Origin: Squalus acanthias
Taxonomy: Eukaryota
Direction: 5' to 3'
Length of the DNA: 64,000 nt
Assembly: GCA_030390025.1 (NCBI GenBank)
Contig: CM059432.1
Coordinates: 107,572,001 to 107,636,000 of the forward strand
The number at the start of each line of letters is the position of its first letter. The stretch's first letter is position 1. Below, one piece after another: positions 59,351 to 64,000 of this stretch. The notes below the pieces were generated by a model. The model was given only the letters and a program-made list of their open reading frames with translations, was not told the origin of the DNA and ran no database searches. The position numbers were made by a program, and so were the translations under genes.

Positions 59351-60046
59351 CACTGTACTTACAATAGGAGATAAATGGACTGGAAAGGATTCAAAGAGCA
59401 ACAGATCTGACAAGAGCATTTAAATCAATGAGTGATGAAAGGAGGATAAAGTAGTTAAATCTGTTCTCATGGGGAAGCAGGAGAAAGTACTCCAGAAAGG
59501 GGAATTAATAATCTAACGCCTGAAATTTCTTTGGAGGTTATCTCGATTGACTGAAGATCAGCAGAAATCCCGTATAGACACGTAAACATCCGTGGAAATT
59601 CCCAGTGTAAGTGTGTAATATTGTCCTATTCGCCCAATACCCATGTGCTCGCTGACCTCTTTGACCAAGCTTTTTGTCACCTGGCTTGGTGTCAAATTTT
59701 GTCTGATAATGCTCCTGTGAAGCACTTTGGGGCATTTTACTACGTCAAAGGCATGATATAAATGCAAGATATTATTATTATTGTTGCCCAGCACACTCAC
59801 CATCCTCTTAAAGTAACACTTCCACAACTAACCCTGTACGGTGCTGTCTGGTGATGAGGGGCTCTAGCTCAAAATCTTGCAATATGGATACCCAGCTCCC
59901 CTCAAACTAATTACTTACATGCACAACTCCCCTCCCCCACCTGAACAGCTTCATAGCCCAAAATCTCTTATTTCACTTCTCCCATGCCATTTGGCATACG
60001 CTCTTCAACTGTGAGCCTTACCCTCATTCACTCTATCTTCGTGCAG

Positions 60047-60200
60047 GACAAATTGTGCACAATGCCCACCACAGACAGGCCACCAGAAGGGACATCTCCA
60101 ACCTTAAGTACCTCACACCCTTTGAGAAAAAGGCCTTGAAGCTTGTGGGGAGGCACTCAGTTCTTGCCATGAGAAGTGGCGAGGTTCGCATCATCTTGCC
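60047..60200 (+). pseudogene. Decayed Harbinger Myb gene exon 2
   Basis: Acceptor gtgcag|gac. VHNAHHRQAT...LTPFEKKALKLVG resembles AHNKRERAMT...TAWEEAALEIAG at 1287-1446. Confidence 0.55.
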
Positions 60201-60371
60201 AGCACCAATTTACTGACTGAGCACTTGCACTGTCACCCTGTCATCCCAGTGTAGCATCACACAGACATATCCCTCCACCCACTTCTCTCTCTCCTTTCCT
60301 CACTGGAAAAAAAATTCCTATGCAGAGTCAAAACATTTAAAAATTAATGGATAATTCATGGTATATATAAA

Positions 60372-60802
60372 AAAGAAAGACTTGCATTTATATAGCGGCT
60401 ATTACAACCTCAGGACGTCCCAAAGCATCTTACAGCCAATGAAATACTTTTGAAGTGCAATCACTGTTGTAATGTAGGAAACACAGCAGCCAATTTGTGC
60501 ACAGCAAGATCCCACAAGCAGCAAAGAGATAATGACCAGATCATCTGTTTTTAGGTGTTGATTGAGTGATAAATATTGGCCAGGACACCAGGGGGAACTC
60601 GCCTGCTCTTCTTCGAAATAGTGCCATGGGATTTTTTATATCCACCACAGAGAGCAGACGGAGGCTTGGTTTAATGTCTCATCCGAAAGATGGCAACTCT
60701 GACAGTGCAGCACTCCCTCAGCACGGCACTGGAGTGTCAGCCTAGATTATGGGCTCAAATCCCTGCAGTGGGACTTGAACGCACAACCTTCTGACTCAGA
60801 GA
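60372..60802 (-). mobile_element. DeuSINE (SacSINE1-like)
   Basis: Reverse complement of the tail, Deu domain and B-box gttcaagtccc. Confidence 0.87.
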
Positions 60803-61476
60803 TTAGAAAGCTAAAGTTTACCTGAGTGAGTTCTGTCTTTAAATGGCTTAACTATGTTGAGTGGCTTTTTCTCATTCAATGTTTGTAGCTAACATTTAGG
60901 AAAATATAGCAATAGGGAGAGGAAGGATGTTTAAAGCATTCTAATTTTAAATGGTAGAAGTATAATTGTATCAAAATTGTGCTTTTTGTTGCGGATGATT
61001 GAAATAGCTGTGCCATCAGATTATAAATATTGTGTCAACAGATTTCTTGTAATCAGCCTGGAGAAACGGAAGTTTGATAGTTAAGAATGAATCTGGGTTG
61101 CAAAGCTATTTACGTTTTTGTATAATCTTTCAGGGTTAATTGCCTCTATTCTTTGATATTACCTTTCTAACCTACTGCTTGCCTGCAGTTGCTGCAGATT
61201 TGGTTGGAAAGGTTTGATGCCCTGTGTCTGCTCACTTATCTAAGAGTGTTCATTAAATACTTGATTACTGATTATGCTCATGTAAAGGCTTTAAAGTGAG
61301 GATGAGTTTTTTCCTTTTCTTTACAACATGAAAGAACTTGAACTTTAATTCTCGCTCACAGGCAAGGTGTTGAACTGGTGCCAGTTTATACTGGTTGATT
61401 CATATTACATTCATTATATTTTTGGACAGTGTTACACAGTCATCGTTTAGATTCATTTAACTGCTTATGAGACTAG

Positions 61477-62020
61477 GGGATAGAAATTCGCCTGGGCCCA
61501 TTTTCAGTGCTGCGCAAGCCCAAAAACAGGAGGCCTGAGGCCTGAGGCCTCGGGCCTTATTTCAATAAGTTAGGCGAATCGGACTGCTTGCCTCATCAGC
61601 AGCAATCTGATGGTATTTTCCAGGGGTGTTTGGGATACTGTGGAGTTGGGCGACGAACTCCTGCTCCTCTTGGCTCCACAGGAATGTCTTCAAAAATATA
61701 TATATATTTTTTTTAAATGTACCTTTTGTTGGTGGCTGCTCCTTCAGCTGCAGCGGGTGATGAAGAATCTGGAGCGAAGTAAGCCCAGCTTCCGCTCCAC
61801 TCTGTGATAACCAACTTCTGCAACGGGGCCGAAAACAAGCATTCTGTAAATGAGGGGGCTATTTAAGGGGCCTATCGCCTGTTTTAGACAGCCAGCGAGG
61901 AAGCCTGACAAATTTTGAGTCGAATGTTTCTCAGGCGTGCAGGACATTGCTCCCTGAAATTGGGCCTAGCTGTGCCTGGTTTATATCTGTAATACGGGCT
62001 CAAAGTCCAATTTCAAACCC
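61477..62020. mobile_element. Harbinger-type MITE
   Basis: gggatagaaattcg and ccaatttcaaaccc. Flanks TAG and TAA. Confidence 0.6.
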
Positions 62021-62499
62021 TAAAAGCCATAATCAGCACAAGCTAGACCAAGTAGGGTGGCGGGGGTGGGGTAATTTTCAACTTCTGCCTAAATTGGCCA
62101 CAAAGTTGGTGGAATGGCCAGGTCGCTCTCCCGAAGCTGGCATCAGAAGACCTGAACCATTTTCAAGTTCGGCCGTCACTTCAATGTAGCCAACGCGATG
62201 CGGATGCCAAACGAACTCTGCTGCAGCTAGCTGGTTGTGGGAGGGCAGGAAATCAATCGGCTTCCACGCTGAACTAGCAGGCAAGTTGGGCTTGGCCGAA
62301 GGGGGACAGGGGAAGCCAATCCTGGAGGGTGTCAATCAGTGGGCAGCAACAAGCTGCAGTTATTTTGTGAAGCCACGAGGGCCTTTTCTGGAGCAGCAGC
62401 CAGCGGTCCCTTTAAGAACTGCTGGTTAGGCCACTCACTGCTGGGTACAAATAGGCAGAGCTAGTGTGGCACATACTCCGCCCATTTGTACCTAAAAAT

Positions 62500-64000
62500 T
62501 GCAAATGTCGGGACAAAAAAGGTGATATATGTTTAGAGGTGCAGGGCAAGCCTAGAATACTTAATGAGTACTTTGTATTGGTGTTTACTAAGGAAGAGGA
62601 TGCTGACAAAATATCAGTAGAAGCGGAGATGGTAGAGGTAATGGATGGGGTGAAAATTGAGAAGCAGAATGTACTGGGAAGGCTGGATATGCTTAGAGTG
62701 GATAAGTCGCCTGGTCCAGATGGTTTGTATCCCAGGTTGCTAAGGGAAGTGGGGATGGAGATAGCTAAGGGCTTGCCATAATATTCCAATCTTCCCTAGA
62801 TACAGGGGAGGTGCCAGAGGATTGGAAAGTGGCAAATGTGACACCCTTGTTCAAGAAAGGGTGTAAGGACAATCCTAGTAACTACAGGCTGGTCAGTTTA
62901 ACATCAGTGGTGGGTAAAGTTTTAGAAACAATAATCAGGGAAAAAATTAATGGGCACTTGGAGAGGTTTAAGTTAATTAAAGGAGAGCCAACACGGATTT
63001 GTAAAAGGCAGATCATGTTTGACTAATCTAATTGAATTTTTTGATGAAGTAACAGAGAAGTTTGATGAAGGGAATGCAGTGGGTGTTGACTAATGGATTT
63101 TAAGAAAGCGTTTGACAAAGTACCACATAAAAGGCTGGTTAACAAAATTGAGGCTCATGGAATAGGAGGGCCAGTGTCAGCTTGGATAAGAAATTGGCTT
63201 AAGGACAGAAAACAACGAGTTGTGGTAAATGGTTGTTTTTCAGACTGGAGGATGGTAGACAGTGGTGTTCCCCAAGGGTCAGTGCTGGGACCACTGTTTT
63301 TTTTATATATATAAATGACTTGGATATTGGAATACAGAGTAAAATTTCAAAATTTGACGATGATACCAAACTTGGAGTGTGGCAAACAGTGAGGAGGATA
63401 ACAATCGACTGCAACAGGACATAGAAAGGCTAGCAGAATGGGCAGACTAGTGACAGATGGAATTTAATACAGAGAAGTGTGAGGTGATGCATTTTGGCAG
63501 AAGGGATAGGGAGAGGCAATATACACTTAATGGCACAGTTTTAAAGAATGTGCAGGGACAGAGGGACCTGGGGGTTCATGTGCATAGATCTTTGAAGGTG
63601 GCAGGACATATTGAGAGAGTAGTTAGCAAAGCTTATGGGGTCTTGGGCTTCATAAATAGAGGTATTGAGTACAAAAGCAGGGAAGTTATGCTTTACCTTT
63701 ATAAAGCGCTGGTTAGGCCACAATTAGAGTATTGCGTCCACTTCTGGCCACCACACTTTAGGAAGGATGTGAAGGTCCTTGAGAGGGTGCAGAGGAGATT
63801 TACCAGAATGGTTCCAGGGATGAGAGATTTTAGCTACAAGGTTAGGTTGGAGAAGCTGGGGTTGTTCTCCTTGGAGCAAAGGAGGTTGAGGGGAGATTTG
63901 ATAGAGTTGTACAAGATTATGACGGGTTTGGATAAGGTAGACAGAGAAAGGCTGTTCCCATTAGCTGATGGTACAAGGACTAGGGGACACAGATTTAAGG
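62500..64000 (+). mobile_element. CR1 LINE RT region, frameshifted, runs off the window
   Basis: KSPGPDGLYPRLLRE, WKVANVTPLFKKG, MDFKKAFDKVPH, GVPQGSVLGP and KFDDDTKL. Confidence 0.95.

Overview
Eukaryotic, repeat-dense genomic DNA, most likely from a shark or other cartilaginous fish, judged from HE1/V-SINE, SacSINE1-like DeuSINE, CR1, L2, RTE and Penelope repeats. The only host-gene signal I can support is on the minus strand: a TATA box (~46240), an exon with 11 coding nt (45993-46003) and an 80-nt signal-peptide exon (45799-45878). This layout matches the multiplexin collagens (probably col15a1), so 1-45798 is probably intron 2. Four things stand out. (1) A 3.2-kb TIR/TSD-bounded Harbinger element (448-3683) carries an intact three-exon, 488-aa Myb/SANT gene, but its transposase is reduced to an N+C-terminal mini-remnant; the same remnant recurs in two other divergent elements, alongside many related MITEs. 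(2) A single-ORF LINE (46496-49558) appears to begin with a tRNA-derived SINE head/body, and short SINEs in the window look like its deletion derivatives. (3) Penelope termini carry minimal hammerhead ribozymes, and one insertion co-inserted a perfect 108-bp inverted copy of its flank. (4) There are several palindromes and very long simple repeats. Boundaries of decayed repeats are approximate and were read by eye; no database searches were run.
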